From contig JAUCBJ010000417.1 of NCBI GenBank assembly GCA_032718475.1, positions 1-64,000 of the forward strand: a stretch of DNA of 64,000 nt, in the 5' to 3' direction. The DNA comes from Nemertoderma westbladi. Taxonomy: Eukaryota > Animalia > Xenacoelomorpha. The notes under the pieces were generated by a model. It ran no database searches, had not been told where the DNA came from, and saw nothing but the letters and a program-made list of their open reading frames with translations. Positions 36,843-50,600 of the stretch are shown here, in pieces (position 1 is the first letter of the stretch; each line of letters opens with the position of its first letter). Position numbers and translations under genes: made by a program.

Positions 36843-37372
36843 TTATAGCAGCTCTGTCCACGTTTTTCAAAAAATTTCAGAAGGTTTTTATAGATTATTA
36901 TTGTTATTATTATGGCCTAGTTCAATAATATGGGGCGAGCCACGAAGTCTGTGAGCTGAGCCTTAGCATCAATATTGGAACGTCAATATTCTAACTCATT
37001 ACAGTATAAAGTTAATTATAATAACTACCTATTGTACTGAGAGGGAAATATAATATGCTTTATTTACCGTTCATCCCGAGATCTGTTATTAAACCACCGA
37101 GCGCAGAGAGGGAGGTAAGTAAGTCCCCATATTTTGGGAGTGGCGGTCCGAAACCCTTAATTCAACGTGGAAATGGAGGCCCAAAACCTTAATTAAAACT
37201 GTCATGTAACCCCAACCTTAAATATTTTGGATCCTGGGGGTAGATACGCCTAGGACACCGGCAGCATTCTTAATGCAGCTGCTTCCAGCATGCCCATTAC
37301 TGCATTATAGATCGATAATTGAAACCTGAAAAAGGTGGACAGTCCAATCACTAATAAATAGCATTGCTTTAA

Positions 37373-38564
37373 CCCTATTAAACCCGGGGGGGGGGGTCAA
37401 TATGACCCCATCGTGGTTTTTTATTATAATTCTGAAACAAACGCAGTTGGGAATCTGAAATTTTATGACTTTTCCTAAAAGTCTATTGTCTTCATAGTAC
37501 TGTAGTGAAAACCGTTTTCAAAAATATTGGGTAGTTTTCGAGTTATAGCACCATTTTTTAACCCTACTTTTGGCACTTTTTTTGAGACATTTTTTGAAAA
37601 TTATTTCTTGCATTTTAGAGGTTTATGGCTGTTCTGAATTCAATGGAATATATAATTATCTTACTAGACATCTCAAACTTGTATTTTTCGGAAGTGGGTG
37701 CAAAAGTGGGCACCACATTTTGAAAACCATCAAATATATCAATTGATTGTGTCATCTTGTTTCTTGCGTTATACGGGTTTGTTAGGGTTCTGAATTCAAT
37801 GGAATCAGTAAAAATTTCATAAGAGTTTTTAAACTTGTATTTTTCGCCGGTGGGTGAAAATTGTTGTGCCAGCACCAAATTTTGGAAAATCAGTAAATTT
37901 ATCAGTATATAATATCATCTTGTTTCTTGCGTTATACGGGTTTATGAGGGTCCTGAATCCGATGGAATCAATAAAAACAGCACTGGACATCGCAACTTTT
38001 TGGTGATGGGTACGAAATTTGGTGCTAGCACCAAAATTTTCCAAATTACGCCGAAAAATACAAGTAGCAATGATCTGGCATAATTGAAATGTATTCCATT
38101 AGAATCAGCGCCCTAGAAAACCTGAAAATGTCAATTTATAGCATCGAATAAGTGAATTAAAAATGTTGTGTTCTAACTGAAAAGTGCTGGTTAATTGTTT
38201 TTTTCATTTTTTTGCTACGCATAGAAGACTAAACAGCCATTTATGGTAATCATATCATGTTTAAATATTTTCGAATGTATTTTGCGCCCCAGAAAACCTG
38301 TATTGAAAAACAATTAGCCGAAAAATGTAACTCTCAAATTTTGTGAAAATTGTGCACTACTTGTAATTTTGGTGCTGCAATAATACCACCCCAGTACATT
38401 TTTTCGAAAATTTTTTTTTTCGGTCGGATCCAGGCTAGTGATACCTACGTACAAACAAAAAATCAGACGTTTTCGTTAATATTTGTAGATTTTAGAGGGA
38501 TGACCCCCCCCCCCCCCCCACCCCCGGTATTTGTACAGCATTTTATAGCCCGGTACTAATAGGG
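37373..38564. mobile_element. piggyBac-like non-autonomous element
   Basis: TTAA TSD (37369-37372, 38565-38568). TIR CCCTATTA..CCGGG. Internal diverged ~170-bp repeats. Confidence 0.8.
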
Positions 38565-38738
38565 TTAATACGTTTCTGATTGGTCAGACTATTATCTATG
38601 TTTTTTGTGCATGTGTCCAGTCCACCTTTTTTCAAACATACATATTATTCCCAATTATGTAACTAAGAAAGCGAAAACTTGAAAAAGGTGGACAGACCAA
38701 TTGCTACAAACTGCTTTACATAATACGTTTCTGATTGG

Positions 38739-39901
38739 TGTAAAAGCTTTTGCGGACATAACAAGTAATTTTTACGCAATACGCAGAATTCTCTAAAATA
38801 GCCCTAAATTTATCCAACTACGCGACGGGAAGGAATTGTAACCCAGATGACGAAATCTGTCAGCTGATTCTTTGTGGACGTGGAGGTTCTTTGTTCTGCC
38901 TTATTCAGCCAATCAGAGCGATTTTCACTTTATGTCTAACAGAAACCTATGGAAACTCGCGCAATGCATTACGGTCTTTGTTTACTATTTTCTGAGCATC
39001 AGAGCCAGCTCGGATTTTTCTGTGCTTCTGTGTGGAAGTTTCAGACTTTGGCCTAGGAACATCAGATGGCCTTGATTATAAGAACGTAAAACTATTAACC
39101 TGGATACACCCTGGATCACTGGATACACTCTGAATCACTTAACTGATCATACTCAACTCACCTGACTGCCTGACTTTCATACTCAATAAGTAAAACATGC
39201 TGACTGTTCACCGCATTATTTTACTTCCTTCTGTGTGGAGGTCTTTTATTAATTGTTGTTATATTAATGGATATTGCTGTTATATTTGGAGAATACCGAT
39301 AAATAATCATAAACCCCTCAATCTTCTTGATTACTGAGGTAAGAGGAACAGGTTTACCGGTAGCATTAGCGACTTAAATTAAAGTGGTTTTTGTGTGAAT
39401 TAAATGCTATTTCATAATCCCTATGTGTGTCAGTTGCGATCCTCCTTATATATGATAAAATTCACTGACGGTTGGCAGATTAGAGCGAACTAGTGTGAAG
39501 TAGTGTGAAGTCGTGTGAAGTAGTGTGAAGGTTAATAAAAGAATGCGCTATTTATGAAACTCTGTGGCCATCTAGTTGTGATTATATAAGTCATAACTCT
39601 GCTTTTATACTTAAAGCGCCACGTCCTAAAGGAACTGTTAGTATTTCCCCGAAAGTAAATATATTTGTCAGAGATTATATACTAGCGATCAATCGAATAA
39701 TACAGTAGGTCTACACTGCAATAACTCTCAAGGAATCCGAATCCAGTCTCCCACACCGTGGGTCATACGACGCGCACGGACTGGCTTCGGCTGACGTAAC
39801 TTCAGTACACTAGGTAATTGATATAGGCTAAAGTCGATTTATAAACAAGAGGACAACTAAAATTGGCAGATTAAACTGCTAAAGGTCTAAAAGCGCGAAC
39901 A
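38739..39901 (+). repeat. 5' LTR of element 2
   Basis: TGTAAAAGC...GCGCGAACA, repeat of 57930-59063 with several substitutions and indels. Confidence 0.95.
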
Positions 39902-39912
39902 TTAATAGTTTT
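39902..39912 (+). promoter_or_regulatory. Non-tRNA primer-binding site candidate (self-complementary to LTR 39088-39098)
   Basis: TTAATAGTTTT directly after the LTR CA is the exact reverse complement of AAAACTATTAA in the LTR. Confidence 0.75.
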
Positions 39913-40859
39913 GTTTCTTTATTGCGCCGTAGGCAATAAAGTCAAATGTACCGGTCGGACGGTAAGCTGTAGGCCTAATCACCCGAACCGGTACTTACAG
40001 GTACAGCAGTATTATTTCGACTGTGATATATTGTATATTAGTAGGCTGTTTAAGAGAGTAGGGACTGTACACCCCTTATTTCTTTTAGAGCTTATTTATT
40101 TCTGTCAGTTTTATTTATCTGTAAGTGTAATATTGAGCAGAAGGCGTGTAAGCCTGCTCAGATTGTATAAATAATTTGTAGGCCGTATTGTTGTCTAGCT
40201 GTTGTTAGGTCTGAGGCGATTGCAGTGCGTTTAGAGTGTCTGTCCGATAAAGTGCTAGTTAGGAAGGTGGGGGCATCCAGTGCTGTAAGGTAAATCCCCC
40301 CCCCGAAAGAATAAGTCGTACTACTTGGTTAGAACGCCTACTAACTAAGCATTTCGGAGTCTGCATATACTGTAGTTTATTTAGGCTTGTCAGTAGTCTG
40401 CCAGCATTTGGTCTGTGTTTTATTTGAATAGTCTGCACGGGTAGCGTAATATTTATTATTCAGAGTTTATGCGAGTATTCGCAACCTCCAACTCCCCAAG
40501 TTTATTCCTACAGTAATTGTGCTTGTTATACATACCGTTATAGTTAAATTAACCCCGGTACTACATCAGGGCTGCTTGGCGTAGGTAAAGACTGGTGATT
40601 TTGTGCTCCGGTCACTCCAGCAGATACCGTGGTTCTTTTGGCTGTTCACGTATATTTAACTGCTGGTTATTTGTTGTATAAGTACTTGTACCTAACTTAT
40701 GGTTTAGAGTACAGTGCTTTCCGAAAGTAATTTAGTGTATAGGCAGTCTACTTGTATTGTAACGTGGTTAATAGGTACGTTAGCTCTGGTTGGCTTCGAT
40801 AATTAACTTCTAGGTAAGGAAACTCCGAGTACATAACGTAGTACTTATAGAGTTTAAGA

Positions 40860-41612
40860 TAAAATATACAGAACAACTGACTGATAAAATATACGGAGCA
40901 ACTGATTGATAAAATATACGGAGCAACTGACTGATAAAATATACGGAGCAACTGACTGGTAAAATATACGGAGCAACTAACTGACTGGTAAAATATACAG
41001 AACAACTGACTGGTAAAATATACGGAACAACTGACTGATAAAATATACGGAGCAACTGACTGGTAAAATATACGGAACAACGGATGATAAAATATACTGT
41101 TCAACCGACTTATTAATTACTTACAACTGATAAAATATACGGAGCAACTGACTGGTAAAATATACGGAGCAACTGACTGGTAAAATATACGGAGCAACTG
41201 ACTGGTAAAATATACGGAGCAACTGACTGGTAAAATATACGGAGCAACTGACTGGTAAAATATACGGAGCATTTGACTGGTAAAATATACAGAACAACTG
41301 ACTGGTAAAATATACGGAGCAACTGACTGGTAAAATATACGGAACAACGGATGATAAAATATACTGTTCAACCGACTTATTAATTACTTACAACTGATAA
41401 AATATACGGAGCAACTGACTGATAAAATATGCGGAGAAACTGATGATAAAATATACAGAACAACTGACTGGTAAAATATACAGAGTAACTGACTGATAAA
41501 ATATACGGAGCAACTGACTGATAAAATATACGGAGCAACTGACTGGTAAAATATACGGAGCAACTGACTGATAAAATATACGGAACAACTGACTTATAAA
41601 ATATACGGAGAT
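40860..41612. repeat. 25-bp minisatellite with a higher-order interruption
   Basis: Unit TAAAATATACGGAGCAACTGACTGG. Spacer GGATGATAAAATATACTGTTCAACCGACTTATTAATTACTTAC occurs twice (~41082, ~41349). Confidence 0.95.
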
Positions 41613-42188
41613 CAATTATGAATTATTATTAAATATATATCATTATGATTAAATACTTCTAATTTAACGAAACGAAACAATTATTATTTCGTTTTTCGTT
41701 TCGTTATTTACATGTATTTTTATTTCGTTTTTCGTTTCATTTAATATTTTTTCGTTTCGTTTTTGCCAAATTATGCTTAGTTTCGTTACGTTTTCATTTC
41801 GTTATGCCATCCCTGCCTACAACTGCTACACACAACAACTTCAACACTACTATACTAAAATTGGTATACAATAATAATCAGCCAAAGTGTTCAAGCAAAG
41901 ACACCAGTAGTTAGGTCCCTCTCCATTCATTATTATTATCCTACAGTACAGTACTACAGTTGAAAGCCTACATTATTACTAAAATTCATTCACCTGAAAT
42001 TAGTACTAAATTCACATTCGCCCATACCTTTACTGATAAGGCTATCAGCTGTATAAAATATTTAACACAAACTAATGCTACCCTATGAAGAATTTCAAGT
42101 TTGTAAGGGAGTGGAGATTAGGCAGTAGGGCCTAAGCAAACAGTGTGGGTGTACTAAGTACAATAATCTTGGCAACCTCATCGATTTA

Positions 42189-42328
42189 TGACAACTGTTT
42201 GTAGAGTTGCCGTGACAACTGTTTGTAGAGTTGCCGTGACAACTGTTTGTAGAGTTGCCGTGACAACTGTTTGTAGAGTTGCCGTGACAACTGTTTGTAG
42301 AGGTGCCGTGACAACTGTTTGTAGAGTA
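42189..42328. repeat. 24-bp minisatellite, ~6 copies
   Basis: Unit TGACAACTGTTTGTAGAGTTGCCG. Confidence 0.95.
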
Positions 42329-42844
42329 GCCTTACGGTGGAAAATTCCCCCAGAGCCAATTTTAAAATGTGCCGCTATTTTTGCTATCGATTCAAGGTAA
42401 ATGGCCATCTCTCAGTTTTGAAACATCTTGCCATCAAAGCCAATTTTGGTCTAATTTGAACGAAATTGTGGTTCGAATGATACCAAAATTGACTTTATAC
42501 GATGACCTAGAGTGTGTACTATTACCATGTATCGGTAGCGGCACATTTGGCCTTTGATAAATCTTGAGTTTACCACCTATTAAATCTGTGAGGTAAAAAA
42601 ACGATTTAGTGCCACTCAATGACTAAAAAAACACCCCTGCAGCTATGATTTTATATTATAACTTAACTTTTATATTAAAATAGGATTTATTTTTATAATT
42701 TGTATTTGGGATAAAATATATTGTTTGAGTTCTCATAAATTACATAGGGCAACAGGTAACGAACCAGATACACCCTACAGCTCTACAGGTGATGATAATA
42801 TTGTATATGTAATACTCCTCCACCAACTGTAATTATTTGATTAT

Positions 42845-43528
42845 CTAGTTCTGGAATACTCCAACTACTATCACAGCTCCAACCATAAGTAAAGTAACTA
42901 TGCTAACGTTTTCCTTGTCTCCTCGAGAACCGGAGGTTGTGGTTGAGGTCGTGGATGTTGTTGAAGTAAATGTTGTGGTTGCTTGAAATGTTCGCGGATC
43001 ATTTTCCCATTGAGTGTCGCAGAAACCCTCACAACATCCCTGCTGACAGACCGTGTTCACTTTTTCCATTCGTGTTTGCAACACCCCTTTAAGGATATCA
43101 ACACCCTCGTACCCCAACTCACCATTGTTCCACATTTCCGTGCACTCAGCTTCTGTCCACTCATTCTTTTCGCATTGCGTTTCATTCTTGCATCTCACAT
43201 AACGAACTTCGAATGTCACGTGCTTCCCGTCCAGAGGGAATGAAGCACTAGGCTTACTTACCCCGTAGTAGAGCAGGGACAGCTCTCGGCATGTCTCGCA
43301 ACCTGCCACAGGTACCGAAATACCAGGTGCATCCAGGTCGATCTGCTCTCCAGCCTTCGCCGTTTGAATGGATTCCTTTATGAATTTCTCAACTATGGCT
43401 TTAGAATCCTCATCTTCTGCGTAGACCGTCAAGGTGTGACCTGTTTCACATGTCGTTCCTCGGTTAGCTCGTATCTGTGTCGATACAAAAAGGGCAGAAA
43501 GTATTACAGGGATCCTTAAACTTCCCAT
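42845..43528 (-). CDS. Orphan Cys-rich cell-surface protein (signal peptide, 10 Cys, Thr/Ser stalk, C-terminal hydrophobic/GPI-like anchor; possibly Ly6/uPAR-like)
   Basis: ATG at 43528. MGSLRIPVILSALFVSTQIRA; ends CQQGCCEGFCD, TTTFTSTTSTTSTTTSG, IVTLLMVGAVIVVGVFQN. GC-richer than its flanks and intronless. Confidence 0.7.
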   Translation of the reverse strand: MGSLRIPVILSALFVSTQIRANRGTTCETGHTLTVYAEDEDSKAIVEKFIKESIQTAKAGEQIDLDAPGISVPVAGCETCRELSLLYYGVSKPSASFPLDGKHVTFEVRYVRCKNETQCEKNEWTEAECTEMWNNGELGYEGVDILKGVLQTRMEKVNTVCQQGCCEGFCDTQWENDPRTFQATTTFTSTTSTTSTTTSGSRGDKENVSIVTLLMVGAVIVVGVFQN

Positions 43529-44941
43529 CAATGGTGGTTACTATGGCAATGTAATTGCGCCAGAGCCTTTTTTGTTCAATCTGGATATTATTATGCTATT
43601 GTAATATTACCATCTATAAAATAACTATTTATTACTTATTTTGGGAAGAAAGTATAACTTTTTTCACTATTCTTAATGTATTTTATTTAACGAGCGCCAG
43701 CGAGATTACTAAAACTCAATATTTTCTCATCTAATTTTATTTTCTGATTTAATTCTCATCTAATTCTAAAATTTATTCTTATATTTGTACTTTTTTGTTG
43801 CTCAATTCGATAATAATATATAGAGCGATATAGTGTTACAAAATATATTGAACTGTAGTAACTATATTGCTTCCATAGTTACTGCGATTCTAATTACTGT
43901 ATTCTTCAACGCCTTACTCAATGTTAAATAATTTAGTGTTCTCGAATATTTATTACGTAACTGGAGAGCCGCTTAACTACATAAAATATTGGACATTGAG
44001 TTCCGTTTTGGAGTTTGTCTTTCACACTAAAGTTGCAATAACTTTTAAGTGTCTTCATGGATTTTGCTAAAATTACTTGCAATCCTCTTCTACTTCGATG
44101 CTCTTCCAACATATTATGTTACAAAAATTAAGAAATTCCACCAAAATGTTATGTTATTTTACTTTTTTCCTGGAAAAAAGTAAAATCAATGCAATATTTA
44201 TTACTTTATTCCCTATGGCTAAAGTACTCCCTTTTCTCCTGATTTTGGGGTATATTAGAGCGATAAGGTAACAATTTAGAATAATATACTTTTCTGTATC
44301 TTCTAACATACTTAATTATAAGTAGTGTGCGGGAAATTAATTAAAATATTATTTTTTTAATTGCTAAAATAGTGGTTGTCACTTGGTCAAACAACTAAAT
44401 TTCAGAATTAGTATGCAGTAAGTGCCATAAGGAACGATTAACTATAACTAATTGCTAAGTCACAAATTTATTTGTAAAATATACCAAAAATTTTTCATCG
44501 AAGTATTAAGTTCGTACAGTTGCTAATGAAATTAAAAGAATGTTCCAAATAAAAAACCCGAAAAAAACGAATTGTTTGGAAAACTGTTCGTTCCAGAACA
44601 TTTCCATTTTCCTTCCATAATAAATAATTATGGAAAATTATTTATAAATAAACATTTTGGTTTGAAACATCAAATCGCTGCACGTTGTAATAAGTTATTG
44701 CGTATATGTCGTCCCACTACTTCTAACCCGACTATTAGGTATATCGATTGACTTGTCGAGAAACCAGCATGTGACAACAACAGTGGGTGAAATATACTGG
44801 AGGGATCTTGACCTGAAGGATCTTGACCTGCAATGGATAAAGCACTCTGATAAACCAAGCTCGTCCGTGCATATTGCGTACTGCGTTGGGGTAATAGTTA
44901 ACAAACTTATGTATGGCGAATCATCATCTCATCTTTGTAGA

Positions 44942-45460
44942 ACTACTACTACTACTAGGTCGAGCGAACTCGGACAGTGGAAATGAGATCCTTCCAGGCT
45001 TCCCGATTCTCCATAGTTGTCGCAATTTCGTTTCTCCCAAGTTCAGTATCCCTTTTAAGTTGATCTATATATGTTATGGCCGGTCGTCCACGACTACGCT
45101 TTCCATGAGATGATTGATACAGGTGGTATTGTACCATAAAGCTCGGCGTTTGTCATGTGTTGTCTCCAGCTGATGTTTAGGGCTGCCCTTAGTAGTCTTG
45201 TGTAGCAACCATCAATTCGTTGTTCAAGTGATTTAGTCAGTGTCCAGGTCTCACCCCCGTATAAAAATACACTTTCCATTGTGGCTCGAAAGAACTTAGA
45301 CTTCAGGTGCCTGGAGAGATCTGATTTCCAGATGGTATCCATTTTTGATAGAGCTAACCAAGCCTTTGCTTTCCTAACTTCTATGTCCTTTTTGCTACTT
45401 TCTATCCATGATCCAACGTCCTGGAATTCATCGACCTTCCTTAGTTGATTATTATCAATA
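44942..45460 (-). mobile_element. 5'-truncated fragment of LINE family B
   Basis: Near-identical to 47662-48260 with a (TAG)n tail and an internal deletion of ~100 bp. Confidence 0.9.
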
Positions 45461-45475
45461 GTTTTTGGGTTTTTG

Positions 45476-46575
45476 GTCAGGTCAGGTATTCTAGTTCATT
45501 GATCAAGAAAACTTGCCACCTCCATGCAGCATAAAGGAGGTGCCACCTGTGGCTGCATAGACCCTCTTACTAGGGCAAATCTGGTCCTGTAACTAGGACC
45601 CCCTTCGTTCTGGGATAAGGACGCCCTTGGTCCTGGATTGAGGACCCATATACTTGACTGCAGGGGTATATGGCCTGGCCAGTCAGATGGTGATATACCA
45701 ATGGCTGGTCAGGAGTAGAGTGTTCTCAGTGTACTCTGAGTACACTTCACTGCGACCTGCAACTGGCAGCAGGGGTACAGGGCATGACCCAGAAGATGAG
45801 CTGCACAGCCAATGGTGGGTCATGTGCGCCAGAGTAGATATGGGTGATGGGCCTCATATCTGACTCCACTGCGACACCCACCCTGTGGAATAGCAAACCA
45901 GGGTGTGGTATTTGCCCCGAGAGCTGACTCGGCAAAAAAGCACCCCCCGACCCCCACTATGGATTACATTAGTAATGCGGAGGTCCGGCCACTAGAGGAC
46001 AGTGGAATGACCGGGCACAATCGGCCTCACAGGCGTCAGTTATCTCCTGACCGGCTGCCTGTCTCACCCCCTTCTGGAGAGAGAGCGGCAAACAATTCTT
46101 TGAGTCCCTTTCCTGATGACCTTTCTGGCCCAAACCCTGGGTCACCAGGGAGGTGAGATTGTGAGGGGGAGAGGTATTCTGGAGTTAGAGGCTACTCTCA
46201 TGTTCCACCCCGACCAACAAAGCCATTGGTGAATCTGAGGCAAGTCACTAGACTAGCCTCAGTAAACACCCTAACACTCGGGTCCCCAATGCGACAAGGT
46301 GAGCTGACTGCCTTGGCAGATAAGCTTTCTCTTATTGCAGTGGGTGTTCAAGAGCACCGAATGCAGACTGGACAGACTGATGAGGTCCTGATTAAGGACA
46401 TGGGGGGGGGGGCGGTTGGCGACTCGCCCTCGCGTCAGCGGATGATAGTGGCAATGGTGGAATTGGTCTATTGATGAATCCAACTGCACATGGGCTCCCT
46501 GGACTGACAACAAAATTCAGAAGTGCCGAAATGACCTCTACAAGGCGCAGAAAGAGTCCCGACTCAAACAGACTA
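45476..46575 (+). mobile_element. LINE family A copy 2 (5' end retained, internal deletion, 3'-truncated)
   Basis: Matches 11642-12348 + 24593-24899, jumps to the equivalent of ~25641, and ends at CTCAAACAGACTA. Represents the empty site for LTR element 1. Confidence 0.9.
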
Positions 46576-47338
46576 TATAAGTCGTCAGACGGTGGTATTT
46601 CCTTATCTGGACAACGCAACTTACTTACTACTACTTTATTGGTTTCAACTACCGTAGTTTCCTGTCAGTTCGTAAGAACCAGAAATTCTAACTCCTTGTT
46701 AGGCTGGTTTGTAGATTTCTTGTAAAATTACCCTAAAAATTGTACGTTTATTGTTTATTTAGAGATTGTAATCTCAACCTGATTGTAAGTAATTCGTAGT
46801 AATAAGTAACTTAGTAAATGGTGATTTTGTGCTCCGGTCACTCCAGCAGATACCGTGGTTCTTTTGGCTGTTCACGTATATTTAACTGCTGGTTATTTGT
46901 TGTATAAGTACTTGTACCTAACTTAGGGTTTAGAGTACAGTGCTTTCCGAAAGTAATTTAGTGTATAGGCAGTCTACTTGTATTGTAACGTGGTTAATAG
47001 GTACGTTAGCTCTGGTTGGCTTTGATAATTAACTTCTAGGTAAGGACACTCCGGGTACATAACGTAGTACTTATAGAGTTTAAGACTATAAGTCGTCAGA
47101 CGGTGGTATTTCCTTATCTGGACAACGCAACTTACTTACTACTACTTTATTGGTTTCAACTACCGTAGTTTCCTGTCAGTTCGTAAGAACCAGAAATTCT
47201 AACTCCTTGTTAGGCTGGTTTGTAGATTTCTTGTAAAATTACCCTAAAAATTGTACATGTAACTTGTTTATTGTTTATTTAGAGATTGTAATCTCAACCT
47301 GATTGTAAGTAATTCGTAGTAATAAGTAACTTAGTAAA
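46571..47338 (+). repeat. ~520-bp tandem duplication within the element 2 leader
   Basis: Block A 40592-40858 = 46819-47086 and block B 46571-46818 = 47083-47338. The first AB copy is split by the 5.7-kb insert. Confidence 0.85.
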
Positions 47339-47661
47339 GTAGAATTATCTGTATTAGTGTTTAACAAGTAGCACTCCACTGAGAGCGTTCAGCTTCTGTG
47401 TAGTGACTCCTTATCCAGAAATAATAACATTTATTTCAAATATTGTCAAAACCCATTGTACGGGTATATATATATATATTTATAAATCAAATCAAACAGA
47501 TTTATAAAATAGTAGGCCTGTCATACATCAATTAGGTCTTAACATCAGTTGAACTACTGCTTAATATCAGTAATAAAGTAAAGGGAAGTAAACCTAAAAT
47601 TCAGAAATTCAGTTATTATTAAATAATTGACATTACCGGTATTTACGGTAAGCTTATTATA

Positions 47662-50600
47662 CTACTACTAGGTCGAGCGAACTCGGACAGTGGAAATGAG
47701 ATCCTTCCAGGCTTCCCGATTCTGCATAGTTGTCGCAATTTCGTTTCTCCCAAGTTCAGTATCCCTTTCAAGTTGATCTATATATGTTATGGCAGGTCGT
47801 CCACGACTACGCTTTCCATGAGTTGGTTGCCAGAGAAGTAGATCTGGTATGACCTCGTCTTTACTTCGCCAGCAGTGCCCACTGAATCTTAATCTGCGTT
47901 CACGGAGGGTGGTTGATACAGGTGGTATTGTACCATAAAGCTCGGCGTTTGTCATGTGTTGTCTCCAGCTGATGTTTAGGGCTGCCCTTAGTAGTCTTGT
48001 GTAGCAACCATCAATTCGTTGTTCAAGTGATTTAGTCAGTGTCCAGGTCTCACCCCCGTATAAAAATACACTTTCCACTGTGGCTCGAAAGAACTTAGTC
48101 TTCAGGTGCCTGGAGAGATATGATTTCCAGATGGTATCCATTTTTGATAGAGCTACCCAAGCCTTTGCTTTCCTAACTTCTATGTCCTTTTTGCTACTCT
48201 CTATCCATGATCCAAGGTACTGGTAGTCATCGACCTGCCTTAGTTGATTATTATCAATGGTTGTCAAGTTTCCATCAACATTAAAGGTCATGAATTCGGT
48301 CTTGGTAGCATTTATATGCAATCCAACCTCCTTAGCAGCCCTCTCCACTTTATTTAGTAGAAGCTGTGCATCTGCTAGCGTATTAGAGAGCAGGGCGATG
48401 TAATCCAAAGTCGGTGTCTGTGACTGTAGTTGCCGGATATCTACTACTTCTGCGTTCTTGAAGTGTGAATCCCAGATCTTCACCCTTTGTGGCCGTCCTC
48501 ATTGCGTAATCCAGCACAATTACAAATAGTAATGGTGCTAATGTGTCACCTTGCAGTATGCCAGCCAGGATTGAGAAAAACTCAGTTTCACCATCTGGTG
48601 AGAGTACCTGCGCTTCTGTGTCACAATATAGCAATCCAATGCCAGCAACAATTACTTCTGGTATTCCATAAGCTCTTAGGATTTCAAGCATTTTACCTCT
48701 ATGGATGGAGTCGAATGCCTTCTTGAAGTCCACAAAAGTCATGACTGCGGGGAGATTCTTTGACTTAATTCCTTCAATCAGTCTCCGTAGTGCAAGTATC
48801 TGAGCTATTGTTGATCTACTTGGTCGAAATCCGTTTTGGCTCTTACGCAGTAGTTTCTCTATGTGAGGCCTAATCCTATATAGAATCATTTTATTGTATA
48901 TTTTGGCAGCTACCACAAGCAGACAGATCCCATGATAGTTTGTTGGTATGCCGAGGTCTCCTTTCTTGGGGAGAGGCTTTAGTTGACCTTTAGTCCAAAT
49001 TGGTGGTGGCTTTTCCCCTTTTAACATCCGGTTGCAAACATTCAATAATTGTCTATTTAGCACTCCGGTTTTCCATACCTCCGCTGGGATTTCATCTAAT
49101 CCACTCGCTTTATTATTGGACATGCTTTTAATGCTTCTTTGGAGTTCGGCAGGTGTGAAGTCCCCTGTTTCTGTAGGTAGTGTCTTGTCATATATTTTCC
49201 TTGTAGGGTTGACCTCGATGTTGGGTGGCTGCCCAAGCAAGTTGCTGAAGTGATTTTTCCACTTCCCAACACGTTCTTCAGGACTATCGGCTTTGAGGCG
49301 CCCCTTTGCACAACTTTTCCGACCAGATACCTCATTTACAGTTTGCCAGGTAAGTCTTGATTGCTGCTGTATGTGAGCAGTTGTAATTGCTTCAGTTTTA
49401 TCCTGTATGTACTTTTCCTGGCTGATGTTGTAGGCCAATTTAAGATCGTCCTTAGCTTTCTCAACCTTGTTAATGTTTTCGGTTGTTGGTTGTTCGGTTT
49501 TAACTTTGTAGGCTATCTTAAGATCTTCTCTCTTACAAGTAACCTCAGAGTTTTGCCATGGCACATACTGTTTTCGTTTAGGTTTCTGGGGGATATGCCT
49601 CTTAGCTGATTCCTTGTGGGCTGTTATTATATTCTGGTATATTGAATCGGTGGATTGGTCTTCATCCATTGACTGAAGTGCTTCAAAGCGGTTTTGAACT
49701 TCTACTGTATAAGCATCCTTTACAGCATTGTCAGTTCTGAGTTTCTCCCAGTCATAGTTGATTTGCTTGCTTGTCCTGGGTTTGCTGGCTCTCAAACTGA
49801 GTCTGATCTCTGCAGTCACAATTCTGTGGTCCGAACCAATTAGGTTGAACGAGCTGTATGCCTCGCAGTTGATCATGCTATTTCTCCACTTTTTGTTTAT
49901 AAGGATGTAATCCAGTTGTGCTTTGGTTCCATTAGGGTATTGAAAGGTCCATAGCTTCCCCTTACTCTTTTCGAATGTGTTGTTTGTTGGTATCAATTCA
50001 CATTCTTCCATTAGGTCTAAGAGTAAGTACCCATTTCTGTTAGAACTGGTGTTATAGGTGTAACCCTTGATGTCTTCTGGGCCAATTTGCGCATTCAGGT
50101 CACCAGCAATGACTTTAACATTGTGTTTCGGGATGTCCTTAATAAGTCCAGTCAGTTCTTCATAAAACTTGACTGCTTGTTCTGGCTCTGATGCATTGGT
50201 TGGACTGTAGCAACATATAACTGTTGTCTTGGGATTCCCATCAAAAGTTGCGATCATAACCCTGGTATTTATAGATTCGATGTTGTTTAGGGTCTTAAGT
50301 GCAAATGGGCTTAGCAGAATTCCTACACCACCAATTGATGCATTGGCCGAGTTTCTTACTGCTGAGCTTGTTACTAACGTCCATCCATTTCCAATGTCAT
50401 TGTACTTCATGGCAGTGTCTTCATGACAAATCCGATGTTCTTGGATGCAGATGATGTCGATGTTATATTCCATCGCCAGAGCAAACATGTCACCCTGTTT
50501 GCTCTGTGCTTTCAGCGTGCATGCGTTCATTGTAGCAATCTTTAGTGTCTTTTTACATTTCAACAGGTTGGTTCTTCTTTCTTCTCTGTCTTCTGTTCCA

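Noticed and set aside
41665-41815. Possible hAT-like terminus (reverse CAGGGATGGCATAACGAAA) with TTTCG repeats
   Set aside because: Only one end visible and no TSD.
40748-42408. Multiple repetitive short ORFs
   Set aside because: Translations of the 25-bp and 24-bp minisatellites.
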